Virus record (IMG/VR): IMGVR_UViG_3300031949_000001
Span: 1-64,000 of that record
Reading direction: 5' to 3' (one strand)
Length of the DNA: 64,000 nucleotides
Source: a virus
Taxonomy: Duplodnaviria; Heunggongvirae; Uroviricota; Caudoviricetes
Part shown: positions 9,060 to 18,719 of the stretch, piece by piece
How the letters are laid out: each line of letters opens with the position of its first letter
How positions within the stretch are numbered: position 1 is the stretch's first letter
The notes under the pieces: model-generated
Seen by the model: the letters and a program-made list of their open reading frames with translations, nothing else
Database searches by the model: none
What the model was told of the DNA's origin: nothing
Position numbers and translations under genes: made by a program

Positions 9060-9326
9060 CTACCAAATGTCTTCACTGTATAAATTCGGTGGCCATTTCA
9101 ACGCTTTGATTTGTCCCGCTGCGATTGCGACCCTTGCACCCGCTTTGCGCATCACGAAACGCCCGTCATTCAGTACAAAACCTTGCTCACCATTGATCGG
9201 TATCGGCTCGCCTGACTCAGCCATGAATTTGATGATGTGATGATGTCTTGCTGGCGGCGGGAGAGTCCAGACCTTATCATCGCGCCCAAGAATGCCAGCG
9301 GCAACGACTGTGAGACCTTCGGTCAT
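9060..9326 (-). CDS. Phage hypothetical protein
   Basis: RHHHI...QGFVLNDGRF...LYSEDIW; start approximate. Confidence 0.7.
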   Translation of the reverse strand: MTEGLTVVAAGILGRDDKVWTLPPPARHHHIIKFMAESGEPIPINGEQGFVLNDGRFVMRKAGARVAIAAGQIKALKWPPNLYSEDIW

Positions 9327-9511
9327 AATCCCAACCATTGGGTTATCCACGAGAAAGGCGGAACCTTTTCCCACAAGTAGTGCTCGAATGGGAAACTGAT
9401 TGTAATTCCCAGCAGAAAGCTACCGACCATGTTGATGGGTTTGTATTTGTGGTAACAGCGGATAAGAAATCCGCGTTCGTCTTTATGGGTATGGAACATT
9501 TCACTTCTCGG

Positions 9512-10102
9512 TTATCGAGTGTGTGTATTGTATTCTTTTATCTTACTCTCGTCAAGCTCACCGTCCTCAAATCTTGCACCAAATCCGCGTTTTTCTCGCC
9601 TCTCGTGCTCACTTTCGGACTTGTTAAATCGTGATCGAATTTCATCCGCTGATTCGACCTTTGATGGTCCTTCTTTTCGGGCGTCACCATAACCCTTGTT
9701 GATGATGGGCGGTCTCGTATAACCCTCCGTTGAGCCTTCGGGATTGTAAGGATTGACGGCTCGAATCTTCTCTCCGTGGTCTATCAGAAATTGGTTTTGA
9801 ATCTGATACGCGAGCTTTTCATTGTACTCACGTCCGAGTATGTCTTTCTGTCTTGGGCAATAGTTCTGCGTGAAATGGACAATCTCATGACACAATGCCG
9901 ACTGTCCAATTTTTGTTTTGAGGTCTATCCGATTATCTAGATAGATGTTGCCGTCAACACACGCGCCTAATACTGGTGATCCAATGATCTGTTTGAGTTC
10001 AGCAGCAGAGACGATTGAAACTACGGGCTTCCGGACTGAATCCATCGGCTCGATGCCGTATGAGTGCAGGAAGAGAAAACAGGCTGCGATTAGTTCGTCC
10101 AT
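9512..10102 (-). CDS. HExxH metallopeptidase-like protein (DUF6647-like)
   Basis: SALCHEIVHFTQ...EKLAYQIQ; related to 46819..47277. Confidence 0.65.
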   Translation of the reverse strand: MDELIAACFLFLHSYGIEPMDSVRKPVVSIVSAAELKQIIGSPVLGACVDGNIYLDNRIDLKTKIGQSALCHEIVHFTQNYCPRQKDILGREYNEKLAYQIQNQFLIDHGEKIRAVNPYNPEGSTEGYTRPPIINKGYGDARKEGPSKVESADEIRSRFNKSESEHERREKRGFGARFEDGELDESKIKEYNTHTR

Positions 10103-10144
10103 GCCCCGTACTCTACGCTAGTTTGGTACTAATTGCAATAGTGG

Positions 10145-10230
10145 TGGTGCTGGTGGTAGGATTCGAACCCACGAAGGCTTTCGCCGCTTGCTTACAAGGC
10201 AAGTCCCGTAGTCCACTTGGGTACACCAGC
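10145..10230 (-). tRNA. tRNA-Thr(UGU) with long variable arm
   Basis: GCTGGTG/CACCAGC-A-CCA; anticodon loop CTTGTAA; variable arm CGGCGAAAGCCTTC. Confidence 0.85.
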
Positions 10231-10235
10231 AAAGG

Positions 10236-10265
10236 AAAAACCTACCACCACCGAGAGCGGTAGGC
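10236..10265 (-). terminator. Intrinsic terminator after the large ncRNA
   Basis: CCTACC...GGTAGG followed by TTTTT on the minus strand. Confidence 0.65.
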
Positions 10266-10600
10266 TAAACCTATTTCAATGAAGTCTCGGTCCAGGACAC
10301 GGTCTTATCGTATCCGCGCTGCCACATACGTCCACTGTCATCGCTTCTACGGGTTTCCCCTCCACTGCCTTTCGGCGACAGTCCACTCGGATTCAAATCC
10401 ATTTCGCGCTTAAGCTGTGTGGTTCGGCTCAACGCTTACTATCCCCGGTAATAGAGGCTAACAATCTCGGGACCGCCTTAGTATTTCGGGTCATAACTCC
10501 CGTCTTACCTACGATCAGGCTTGACCGGTGGTTCAGTTCTGGTAAGCGATGCCCCAAAGGGACTTTCGTTTAGTTTCCGCTGTACAGCATTCTAAGGAAC
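10262..10600 (-). ncRNA. Candidate large structured ncRNA (~340 nt)
   Basis: ORF-free; many hairpins including GAAA tetraloops; 5'/3' closing helix; late-promoter-like AATAAATA upstream, terminator and tRNA downstream. Confidence 0.65.
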
Positions 10601-10642
10601 AGCGTCGCTCTTTACCGTCCATTGACCAGAGAAGTATTTATT

Positions 10643-10945
10643 CTACTGCATGTCAGTCATGTCGTCAAGCATTTGAGCGAAGGTCATAGCCGACTGCCGC
10701 CTTTTAATCGTTTTTTCAGTAACGACCGGAATGCTGGGACGCTTGTCAGAGTATTCGGCGTCCATCCAACAACTTTCGCACGGATAAGATTGACGCTTGA
10801 AACCGCGCCAAACGGGACAGTCATCATCACCATACTTACAACCGTGATTGATGCAACAGTGTTCAGAATGAACGCACCACTTCTCACCAACTGGCGCTAC
10901 GAATGGCGCCGTTGCTATGAGGTATGCGTTCCAGAGGGTTGTCAT
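10643..10945 (-). CDS. Cys-rich hypothetical protein
   Basis: HCCxxHGCKYGDDDCPV...CESC. Confidence 0.7.
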   Translation of the reverse strand: MTTLWNAYLIATAPFVAPVGEKWCVHSEHCCINHGCKYGDDDCPVWRGFKRQSYPCESCWMDAEYSDKRPSIPVVTEKTIKRRQSAMTFAQMLDDMTDMQ

Positions 10946-10947
10946 GC

Positions 10948-11151
10948 CTATACCTTGATGCCAATCGCGAAGGCGATGACTTCACCATCGGCACCCGCCT
11001 TGACGATTCGCTTGGTGCCGCGCTGATGCCAAGCGTTCTTTTTTCCATGCTTGGGCGTGGTAGCCTTCGGTCCCTTACGACCGTTCTTGCGCTGCGCGCT
11101 CCACTCTTTCGCGGCGCGGTTTTGCTTGGAACGCTTGCTGTTGGCAGACAT
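10948..11151 (-). CDS. Small basic protein (paralog of 47555..47743)
   Basis: AKxWSAQRKxGRKGPKAT motif; AGGAG RBS. Confidence 0.75.
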   Translation of the reverse strand: MSANSKRSKQNRAAKEWSAQRKNGRKGPKATTPKHGKKNAWHQRGTKRIVKAGADGEVIAFAIGIKV

Positions 11152-11503
11152 TTCATTTACTCCTGGTTAGAAAGAAAATTGAGGTTGCTGCAAGCAGCTT
11201 TATGTCTAGCAACGCTAGTTTATTTACGGGTTCAGACCCGAACACCCCATCAACAAAAACAGTATATCTTAGTTTTGTTTTTTAGTCAAGTTATTTTGTT
11301 TTTCGATTTCTGTAGTCAGTCTTAACCACAGGCTATCTTCGTATTTACCAATGTTATATCCTTCCGACTCAGCTTTGTGGATTTCATTGGACAATGCCAA
11401 TGCTTTTTCAATCTCGAAAGATTCTAGCACTAGCATAAGTTTTTGGGTAAACATTTATTTCTCCGTTGGTTAATAGACAGTATAACTTATTTTTATTCTG
11501 AAA

Positions 11504-11890
11504 TCAAACTAATCCGTGTAGAGCGTCATCCATGCTCTTCGGGTTATCGATGTCTTCGCCAACCAGCGTATTGTAGTCTGAACCATCGTCAGCAGATTCA
11601 ATATCATCCATTTGCTTCGGACCGTAGATGTCACCAGCTTCCGCTGCTGCATCCCAAAGCGCACCAACCGGCTCCTCGAAAACGGGATCATACTCCTCGA
11701 TGTCATCCGTGGTGTACTCGGAGACGCACGGATTCCCGTTGTGATCGATCCACATACGAAACACGTAATCCGAACCCGGATCATGCGAGAAGTGAAAGCT
11801 CCTCGCGTCGATGATCGCATCACCTTCGGACGCGAACGGCTCGGAAATATCGGGCGTGCCCGAACGCATGTACAGGTTAAAGTGTTTCAT
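11504..11890 (-). CDS. Acidic hypothetical protein
   Basis: Minus-strand operon; D/E-rich. Confidence 0.65.
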   Translation of the reverse strand: MKHFNLYMRSGTPDISEPFASEGDAIIDARSFHFSHDPGSDYVFRMWIDHNGNPCVSEYTTDDIEEYDPVFEEPVGALWDAAAEAGDIYGPKQMDDIESADDGSDYNTLVGEDIDNPKSMDDALHGLV

Positions 11891-12051
11891 CTGTTACCCT
11901 TTTCGGAGAAGTGAACCACCAGCCAATCATGTCGAAGCTGACATTGGAAGGGGAGCATGTAATCGTAAGGCAATGAATACCACTACGGATAGGGTTGTCA
12001 ATTGCACCCACGAAGACGAGATTTGTAGAGACAAGCATCATACTAGTAATC

Positions 12052-12582
12052 TTACTTGTTTTGTTTTTCGATGTCAAGCAGATGCCGAACCTTTTCGATT
12101 TCGACTGTGGTATGTGCGACACCACCAGCGTTAAGGTCGATGTACCACTGAAGCACTTCCGCCCGAGTCTTCAGATTGTTGACGTTCATCAGGAAATCAC
12201 AATGCGCCAACCGAAGCTTATCGGTGTACTCCTCACGCTTATGTCCGAACGCTGGAATCTCATTCCCTAGGAATCGTAGCACTGCCGAGATGCGTTGCTT
12301 CCCATCTACTAGTACCATTGGACCTTCAAAGGTTTGCATCCACCCCTTGCAGTTCCAATAGATCACGCGGCTCGACTTACCACCCTTCAGCATGAATTCG
12401 ACGTAACGGATTTGCTGCTCTTCCGACCAGACATGCCCACGCTGAAAATCGGGGTCCATCTCGAAGGTGTACATCCGCTCATCGCGATTGCTGGCAATCC
12501 AATTTTCGAGGTAATCCCAACCAACGTTAACTTCGTAGGAACCGGACCGCGTCATTTGTGGAATGTCAGCAAACTTAGGCAT
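12052..12582 (-). CDS. Stand-alone DUF262 (ParB/Srx-fold, GmrSD N-terminal-like) protein
   Basis: PDFQRGHVW and VDGKQR motifs. Confidence 0.85.
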   Translation of the reverse strand: MPKFADIPQMTRSGSYEVNVGWDYLENWIASNRDERMYTFEMDPDFQRGHVWSEEQQIRYVEFMLKGGKSSRVIYWNCKGWMQTFEGPMVLVDGKQRISAVLRFLGNEIPAFGHKREEYTDKLRLAHCDFLMNVNNLKTRAEVLQWYIDLNAGGVAHTTVEIEKVRHLLDIEKQNK

Positions 12583-12787
12583 TGGCGAGCCGCCCAGCGT
12601 CGAGTAGAACGGAACCGATGAGCCTATCCAGCCCATCGGCATCCGTTGCGTTATACTTTAGGACGTACATCCAATCGGACACGTCACGATACTGCTGCCC
12701 GTTGGACTCGTCATACTTCAGCGAGCAAAGCGCGTCAATGACGCCCTCTGCTTGCGCTTGTGTAAGATTGAGATTGAGTGTTACCAT
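12575..12787 (-). CDS. Hypothetical protein
   Basis: Coupled operon. Confidence 0.55.
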   Translation of the reverse strand: MVTLNLNLTQAQAEGVIDALCSLKYDESNGQQYRDVSDWMYVLKYNATDADGLDRLIGSVLLDAGRLANA

Positions 12788-12795
12788 TTTGGTGT

Positions 12796-13008
12796 TTAGC
12801 GGACCTTGGTAATGAACCCGTCAACGAGCGTCACGATGGCGTACCACGCATGCGGTGTGGGATAGTGCGGACCCTCGACGGTGAAGTTTCCGTTGACAGG
12901 ATCGGGCGCGTTGAACATATTGTTAGGCTGATAGATGGCGACCTTTTTGCCAGCAGCAACGGCTTCCTTGAGAGCTTTTTTCGTTTTGAAGTTGGTTTCG
13001 GTGTACAT
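12796..13008 (-). CDS. Phage hypothetical protein
   Basis: NFKTKKALKEAV...EGPHYPxPHxWYA; own promoter upstream. Confidence 0.75.
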   Translation of the reverse strand: MYTETNFKTKKALKEAVAAGKKVAIYQPNNMFNAPDPVNGNFTVEGPHYPTPHAWYAIVTLVDGFITKVR

Positions 13009-13084
13009 TTCGTTTAGCCTCTCTTGATGTAGCTATTATATCGATAAACTTTGTTCAGGTCAAGAGCTATTTTAATTGAATAAG

Positions 13085-13157
13085 ACAAAAGCGAAACCCC
13101 ATAGCGCTATGCGCTTCGACCGAAGGTCTATACCTCCTCGCTGGTTAATACACAACC
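13085..13157 (-). ncRNA. GRGAGGUAU element, copy D (no own promoter)
   Basis: AACCAGCGAGGAGGTATAGACCTTCGGTCGAAGCGCATAGCGCTATGG; hairpins match copy F. Confidence 0.5.
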
Positions 13158-14108
13158 GAACCCAGCGCCTCATACTCGGCAGTGTGCGCGTTCGGGAATT
13201 CGCGGTCGGGTGCGATAATCAACGCCACCAACTCCGCTGCTTCCTTGTTAGGAGCATCGACAGAGATGACAAGGTTACTGTACGCAACGCGAGAAATGGT
13301 TACATTGAATAGCATTTTAACCTCGATTGGTTTGGTGGCTGGGATTGCGCAGTATCGCCTTTATATCGACTCGCGTCAAGCGGTTTGTTTAGCGTGCTAT
13401 GCTATTCCTGATATTCGACTTCGGTGATCTCGCAGGTTTCACCTTGAGAGATAACCGATTCGCTCTTGAAATAGGCTTCGATTGTGTCATGATCGGAGAG
13501 TTTGGACGGGTCGTCAATTCCCGTATCCAGGTCCACGTCTTCGACTAGCCAGTAATCCCGGCACCAATCGGCGACCACTGCCTCAGCGTTCGCGTGCGAG
13601 TTCCCAGCATACAGAACGTCGATACCTGCCCCGGTCGAGATGATTGCGAGATGAATTTTCATAGTGGTAACCAGACTCCGATGATTGAATTATACCACGC
13701 GACTGTGGCGATTGTCATGCTTTCGCCCGCTCTTTTGAATCGAGCGAACATATAGACTTCTCCCTGCGGATTGCGGAAAATCCAAGGGCGTCGCAGTTGA
13801 TGCCGTGTCAAGTCCAGGCGCTTGCGTTTTGCCTGGAGTAGTGAATAGGTTGCTTCGTCGCCGGGCGGTGCGTAGTTACTAGTAATGATTGTCATACTCC
13901 TCCGACCTTTCGTGCTTCAACCTTTCGCTTGAGTTTGATACAGGCGCGTTTCGCGTTGCGTAGCGCCAATTTATGGAGCACTGCCTTTCCGTTTCGGTTG
14001 ATTGCGCGATATGTCCGTCCGCCAATCGTTTCGACTATGGTTTCATAAGTCCAACGATCAGGCGATACCTGCATCAACTTCCATTCCCAATGCGTGACTT
14101 CCATTTTA

Positions 14109-14843
14109 CTAGTAACTCCGAATTGTGAAACCGGTGGTGTCCCGCTTGGCGCGACCCTTTGCGTTCAGAACAATGATACTACCTTTCCTGTCCAAAAAGC
14201 GCAAGTCATTTTCGTCGCCATCCGCTACATTGTCCTGCGTCAACGCCCATGCTTTGACTTCCTTGGTACAAACCACGGTAATGGTATGTCCAAGAGTCTG
14301 TAACACGCGGCAAGTCGCATGATTGTTTTCGGCGGCGCTGAATGTCAGATGATAGTTAACCGGGAATCCCGGTTTGCCTTGCTGTAGCGCACGATACGCG
14401 ATTTTGGTGTAGTCATAGAATTGTATCGTCGGGAAGCGCTCGAACATATTGCGATGCTGCCCCATGCGAATCTTTTCCCAAGGCAAATCGCTTGTCCCGT
14501 TCGGGCGCACAACAAGCGTCAAGCCTAACTTGCAGGCACGCTTCTGTGCGTGGATGATATCCGCCTCAAGCAGAGACATGAAACGCTCACGTTGCTCGAA
14601 AAACATAACGGTGCGACGCTTGCGAGCATTCTGCACGCGGTTTGTCGTTTCACCTTTTTTGAACATTCCGCCACGCCCCGCAGTATTGAGACATGCTGCG
14701 ATGCAACCGAGCGAAGCGGACGGGCAAACTTGATAGCCTGACAGGGTGGACGGCGCCAAGTGTAGGATAACCGAGTAGTATCCGACCTTTTCACCCTTGC
14801 GGACCTTGATGTTAGCCTCAGTCAATAGATCGTAGCGTGCCAT
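14109..14843 (-). CDS. GP88-like phage protein with CX7CX3C (possible Fe-S enzyme)
   Basis: CPSASLGCIAACL, RPNGTSDL, QFYDYTK and YHLTFS motifs. Confidence 0.7.
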   Translation of the reverse strand: MARYDLLTEANIKVRKGEKVGYYSVILHLAPSTLSGYQVCPSASLGCIAACLNTAGRGGMFKKGETTNRVQNARKRRTVMFFEQRERFMSLLEADIIHAQKRACKLGLTLVVRPNGTSDLPWEKIRMGQHRNMFERFPTIQFYDYTKIAYRALQQGKPGFPVNYHLTFSAAENNHATCRVLQTLGHTITVVCTKEVKAWALTQDNVADGDENDLRFLDRKGSIIVLNAKGRAKRDTTGFTIRSY

Positions 14844-15072
14844 ATTTTACGATTGCTCCGTTTGTTGGTGCTCGCGACTTACAATATTGCTTAATACCGT
14901 TATCACAAGTGCCACGATGAGAATAATTCTCACAATCAAGAAGACTGTGGCTTCGAGTGGTCTAAGGATTGTGTCCATGCGTGTATAATACGCGAATCAG
15001 TTCATCCTGTCAAGCATTAAAATAATCAAAATAGGCTTGACGTGAACAAAGTTATTTGCTATACTGCTTCTC

Positions 15073-15315
15073 ATGGAATACGTGATCGAAATTGCAAAAA
15101 CAAACGGAACCGAAATGGTTTCGTTGAGCAAGGGCACTATCGTTACCACTACTCGCAGCATGGAATTCGCGAGCAAGTTTAAGGTGCGAGCCCGCGCCGA
15201 AACGATTGCAAAGCGCCTGCAAGGTGCGACCATTGCGCCTTACTATGGTGGCATTGTAGTCTCAAATAAGGCAACCGTGCAAGGTCCGCAAGCTGACCGT
15301 GTACGTCGGAATTAA
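15073..15315 (+). CDS. Hypothetical protein (probably leaderless mRNA)
   Basis: ATG lies 7 nt after the -10 of TTGACG-17-TATACT. Confidence 0.6.
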   Translation: MEYVIEIAKTNGTEMVSLSKGTIVTTTRSMEFASKFKVRARAETIAKRLQGATIAPYYGGIVVSNKATVQGPQADRVRRN

Positions 15316-15349
15316 CAGAATTTAAGGTTTCCTCCTGTGTGGCGTTTTT

Positions 15350-15384
15350 GGCGGGTCGAGCAGTAAGCTCCCCGCCGTTTTTTT
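15350..15384 (+). terminator. Intrinsic terminator
   Basis: GGCGGG..GAGC/GCTC..CCCGCC followed by a T run. Confidence 0.75.
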
Positions 15385-15399
15385 CAATTCTGTAATATA

Positions 15400-15482
15400 A
15401 AGTAGAAGTTGATACCTTCCCCCTCGGGGCGGGTTGGCCTTCGATCTATAACCATTATATCCTAGAACAATGTTCGAGTCAA
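15400..15482 (-). ncRNA. GRGAGGUAU element, copy E
   Basis: TTGACT-17-TATAAT, then AGATCGAAGGC..GCCCCGAGGGGGAAGGTAT. Confidence 0.5.
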
Positions 15483-16070
15483 GGATTATTTTTACTTAAA
15501 TATCCGGTTCTGGCGGCGCCTTGCATCAGCGCGAGCGCGACGCATGCGCAAGCTGATATCATCCTGTTGGGTGGTGTCATTCCAGCGGAAAAACCTGTAG
15601 ATCAGGCGCTTAAGCATTTTGTCCCTTGGTATCAACGTAACCGTGCCCCTTATTAGCACTCACATACAAGTCGGGACCATAACACTTGACGTAATCGACT
15701 TCCCCGTCATCGGACTGAATCTCAGACCAGTGCGAAAGGAATATCACCCGAAAAAGCTTACCGTCCGCCTCGCGCTTGAGAACTGAAGTTGAAAGCATTG
15801 TTAATTCCTTATGACGCTTATTTTACCAAGCTTACACCCGAGTTTCTGTTCGAGTTCAAATGTAGCGTCGAGAATTCCCCAACCGTCCTCGCTGTCGTTC
15901 AGGTCCAGATACATATGCTCGGTGCCTGCTTTGACATTCGTGTAACCTGCGGCGATTGCGCGCTCGCAAAGTTCCTTGACTGCAACTGGTCCGGTGTAAA
16001 CCCTTGAACGCTTCAGCATGTTTTGCTCCTGTCTCGATTTTGTTTATTATATCAGAAGGGTAGATCAGCG

Positions 16071-16325
16071 TCAAGCACTTCCAACTGCTTTGAAGTTCGA
16101 GCCTTCCTTACGTGCCTGCTCCATTTCCCACTCGTAATCAGCCAGAGCTTCGAGTTCGTGCGGATGAGGCTGGGCAACGCCATGATAATGCGGGTTGCGT
16201 TCCCAAGTATCGTAATCGGAAAGAAGCCATTGAGAATCAGGAAAATCCTCGCCTACGTTCCAAGCCCACTCGCGACATGCTTCGCCCGGAGTAGCCAGAT
16301 GATCGTTTTCGTCGTAGCCGAACAT
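16071..16325 (-). CDS. Hypothetical protein
   Basis: QWLLSDYDTWERNPHY; divergent promoter pair upstream. Confidence 0.65.
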   Translation of the reverse strand: MFGYDENDHLATPGEACREWAWNVGEDFPDSQWLLSDYDTWERNPHYHGVAQPHPHELEALADYEWEMEQARKEGSNFKAVGSA

Positions 16326-16442
16326 TCGTTTTGTTTCCCTTTCGTTAGTGTGAAGCTATTGTACGCTATTATTTTTATTAAGTCAAGCTTGCATTTTGAT
16401 TTTTATCAGTGTATAATAGCCGTCATCAATAGGAGAAACCCA

Positions 16443-16685
16443 ATGCAAGTTATTACCATGTATCGCTCGACCGATGGATCGTCTTTCGGTACCGAAGAAG
16501 CATGTAAGGCGCACGAGTTGATACTCGATGCTACCACACAAATCATGGAGCTTTTGGAGCGTGATGATTGGGTTCGCAGCAACGGCAATTTATGCGGTCC
16601 CGCCACCGATTTTGTGAGCCAATTGCTCAGTACCAATTTCGGGTCGAAAGTCTATACTATCCTGAGCACCGTTCATCGCAAATAA
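16443..16685 (+). CDS. Hypothetical protein
   Basis: AGGAG RBS and promoter upstream; start re-called. Confidence 0.65.
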   Translation: MQVITMYRSTDGSSFGTEEACKAHELILDATTQIMELLERDDWVRSNGNLCGPATDFVSQLLSTNFGSKVYTILSTVHRK

Positions 16686-16732
16686 CACTTGCGACAGAGC
16701 ATTAAGTTTGCTATAATGCCTTTGTTGGTTAA

Positions 16733-17281
16733 TTGGAGATGAAACGAATGAATACCGAACCGCGTTTTACCACAATCGAGCAGTTGGTTCCCTTCCTCAT
16801 GTCCCTGCGTTCGGCTCAGGTTGCGACCATTGTCGCCGTGACCGAAGTCAAGATGCGCAAGACTGGCAACCCTTTCATCGGGACTCGTAAGGTCCAGAAA
16901 CTCAAGGTGGAAGTCAACAACAATTACGAAAACAAGGTGAATGACGCCCGCGATGCTGAAGGCTCTGCGACCGATTTTGAAGCCAAGCCCTTGCAATGGG
17001 GTGAGCATGCGAGCGCTGCCGTGATCGAAAACAAGGGTGTGTTGTACCTGCAAACCATCGTCCTGGAGCGCGACGCTTCGCCTACCTACATCGATTTGCA
17101 CGGGAACTATGTTCCGTGGGAAAGCCTCAAGGAATTCATGCCACCGTATCGCCCGAACGCCCGCCAAGAACTGGAGCAAGAGGTTAAGGTTCGGACGTGG
17201 AAACTCACCAGCATTTACGCGCTGTGGATGGGCGACCGTCATATCTACAAGGCTTCTGGCATCGTGGGACCGCAAGCATGA
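16733..17281 (+). CDS. Phage hypothetical protein
   Basis: KMRKTGNP...YENKVN; codon usage consistent with neighbours. Confidence 0.75.
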   Translation: MEMKRMNTEPRFTTIEQLVPFLMSLRSAQVATIVAVTEVKMRKTGNPFIGTRKVQKLKVEVNNNYENKVNDARDAEGSATDFEAKPLQWGEHASAAVIENKGVLYLQTIVLERDASPTYIDLHGNYVPWESLKEFMPPYRPNARQELEQEVKVRTWKLTSIYALWMGDRHIYKASGIVGPQA

Positions 17282-17483
17282 AAACCTTTCTCAAATTCAT
17301 TGTAGCAATCGCCCTAGTGGTGGTTGCTGCTTTCTACCTCACTTTCGTCCTGATCGTGCTGGCTTGTATCATTGGGCTAGGCTTCTTGCTGATTTGTTAC
17401 TGGATTGTATCAGGCGTTCCGTTCTATAGTAAGAAGAACGGCAAGATTGTCGCCGAGTATCGCAGACTTCGGAGGGTGAAATA

Positions 17484-17747
17484 ATGTCAAATCGAGTCTT
17501 TCTTCTATCGACCACGTTCGTTGACTGTTCGGGCGAGTCCTATGGCTTTCGAGTCTCGGATGAGTATGACAAGGCATATTACAATTACCTTCAGTTGCCC
17601 GTCAAGGACGACATGGAAATCCTCAAGGTCGCAATCGAGACCGATGAGTTTTCACAATTCGCTGACTTTCTCCGAGACATCGAGTCGGGTTTGACAATTA
17701 ATGACACTTACTACGACTGGAGTCAGATAAAAGAATTCTTCGAATAG
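17484..17747 (+). CDS. Hypothetical protein
   Basis: GGAGG RBS. Confidence 0.65.
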   Translation: MSNRVFLLSTTFVDCSGESYGFRVSDEYDKAYYNYLQLPVKDDMEILKVAIETDEFSQFADFLRDIESGLTINDTYYDWSQIKEFFE

Positions 17748-17842
17748 TATTGCTTAATGCAGCCATTTCTGATAATATGGTTGCGTTAGGTGGAAAAGGT
17801 TCCCCTAAACACATTGTAGTCTAACCCTTTAAGGAGTTTAAC

Positions 17843-18124
17843 ATGAATTTCACCGTCGATCAGTTTTCCGAAGCAAACAGCGTCGAGAAGCCCGTTGCGT
17901 ATGGTTTCCTGCGCTTCCTCGCCGAACGTGGTTTCGCCACTACAACCAAGACCGACAAGGTTGCGGGCAAGCGCGGCAAGCCCAGCACGATTTACACGCT
18001 GACCGAAGGCGCCGTCGCCTTCCTGGGTTCCAGCGTCAAGGAATACGTGGCGCCTGTCGCCACTGTCGAAGCCGCCGTGGCTGTCGAAACCTCTCAGGTT
18101 GCCGAACAGTCCGCCGCTGTCTAA
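17843..18124 (+). CDS. Putative winged-helix DNA-binding protein
   Basis: GKRGKPSTIYTL wing-like motif; strong promoter and AAGGAG RBS. Confidence 0.55.
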   Translation: MNFTVDQFSEANSVEKPVAYGFLRFLAERGFATTTKTDKVAGKRGKPSTIYTLTEGAVAFLGSSVKEYVAPVATVEAAVAVETSQVAEQSAAV

Positions 18125-18204
18125 TCGAAGCGGAATATCTTGACAGAATTCAACGGTGCGGGTATTATACCTGCACCGTTTCTCATTAACAAGGACTAAC
18201 TATC

Positions 18205-18624
18205 ATGGCAGAAGAACTCAAAAGTTTTCATGTCGTTTGGACGTTGGATATCGACGCTGCCAATGCGCTCGACGCTGCAAGACACGCTCGTGAGATCCAG
18301 TCGAAGCCCGATAGCTGGGCAACATTTTTCCAGGTGAAGCCGTCGATTGGTAGTGGCAAGGTCGTGAGTGACGCCATGCTGCAAGATAAATACGGCTATG
18401 AGTCTATCGACCTCGAAGAGCAAGCGCAGCGCGAGGCGCTCGCGGGAGAACAGAATCAAGACATGCCCGAGCGTTTACAACAACTGCTGTGCGCTTCATG
18501 GGCGCGTCCCGAGGATGACTACGTTATCCCCGCCTTCTTGCTGCGCCATGCTCCGAAGACCTACACCGTGGTTATTCTCGTTGACCCGAAAGGCATCGCA
18601 GTAATCACGCACCGGGAAATTTGA
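18205..18624 (+). CDS. Hypothetical protein
   Basis: Own promoter and RBS. Confidence 0.65.
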   Translation: MAEELKSFHVVWTLDIDAANALDAARHAREIQSKPDSWATFFQVKPSIGSGKVVSDAMLQDKYGYESIDLEEQAQREALAGEQNQDMPERLQQLLCASWARPEDDYVIPAFLLRHAPKTYTVVILVDPKGIAVITHREI

Positions 18625-18719
18625 AAATGATACAAAACATGCGTTACAAACAATCTTTGTATTGCGAATGTGAAGATTGCGAATGTGAAGATTGAATCGG
18701 TTTTAAATGGGGAAATTCT

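Noticed and set aside
10262-10600. RNase P RNA (contains GAAAGTCC)
   Set aside because: No GAGGAAAGUCC context and no ACAGAA..CGGCUUA 3' conserved region; kept as an unassigned ncRNA
18662-18693. 15-bp tandem duplication TTGCGAATGTGAAGA
   Set aside because: Two copies only; likely slippage with no evident function
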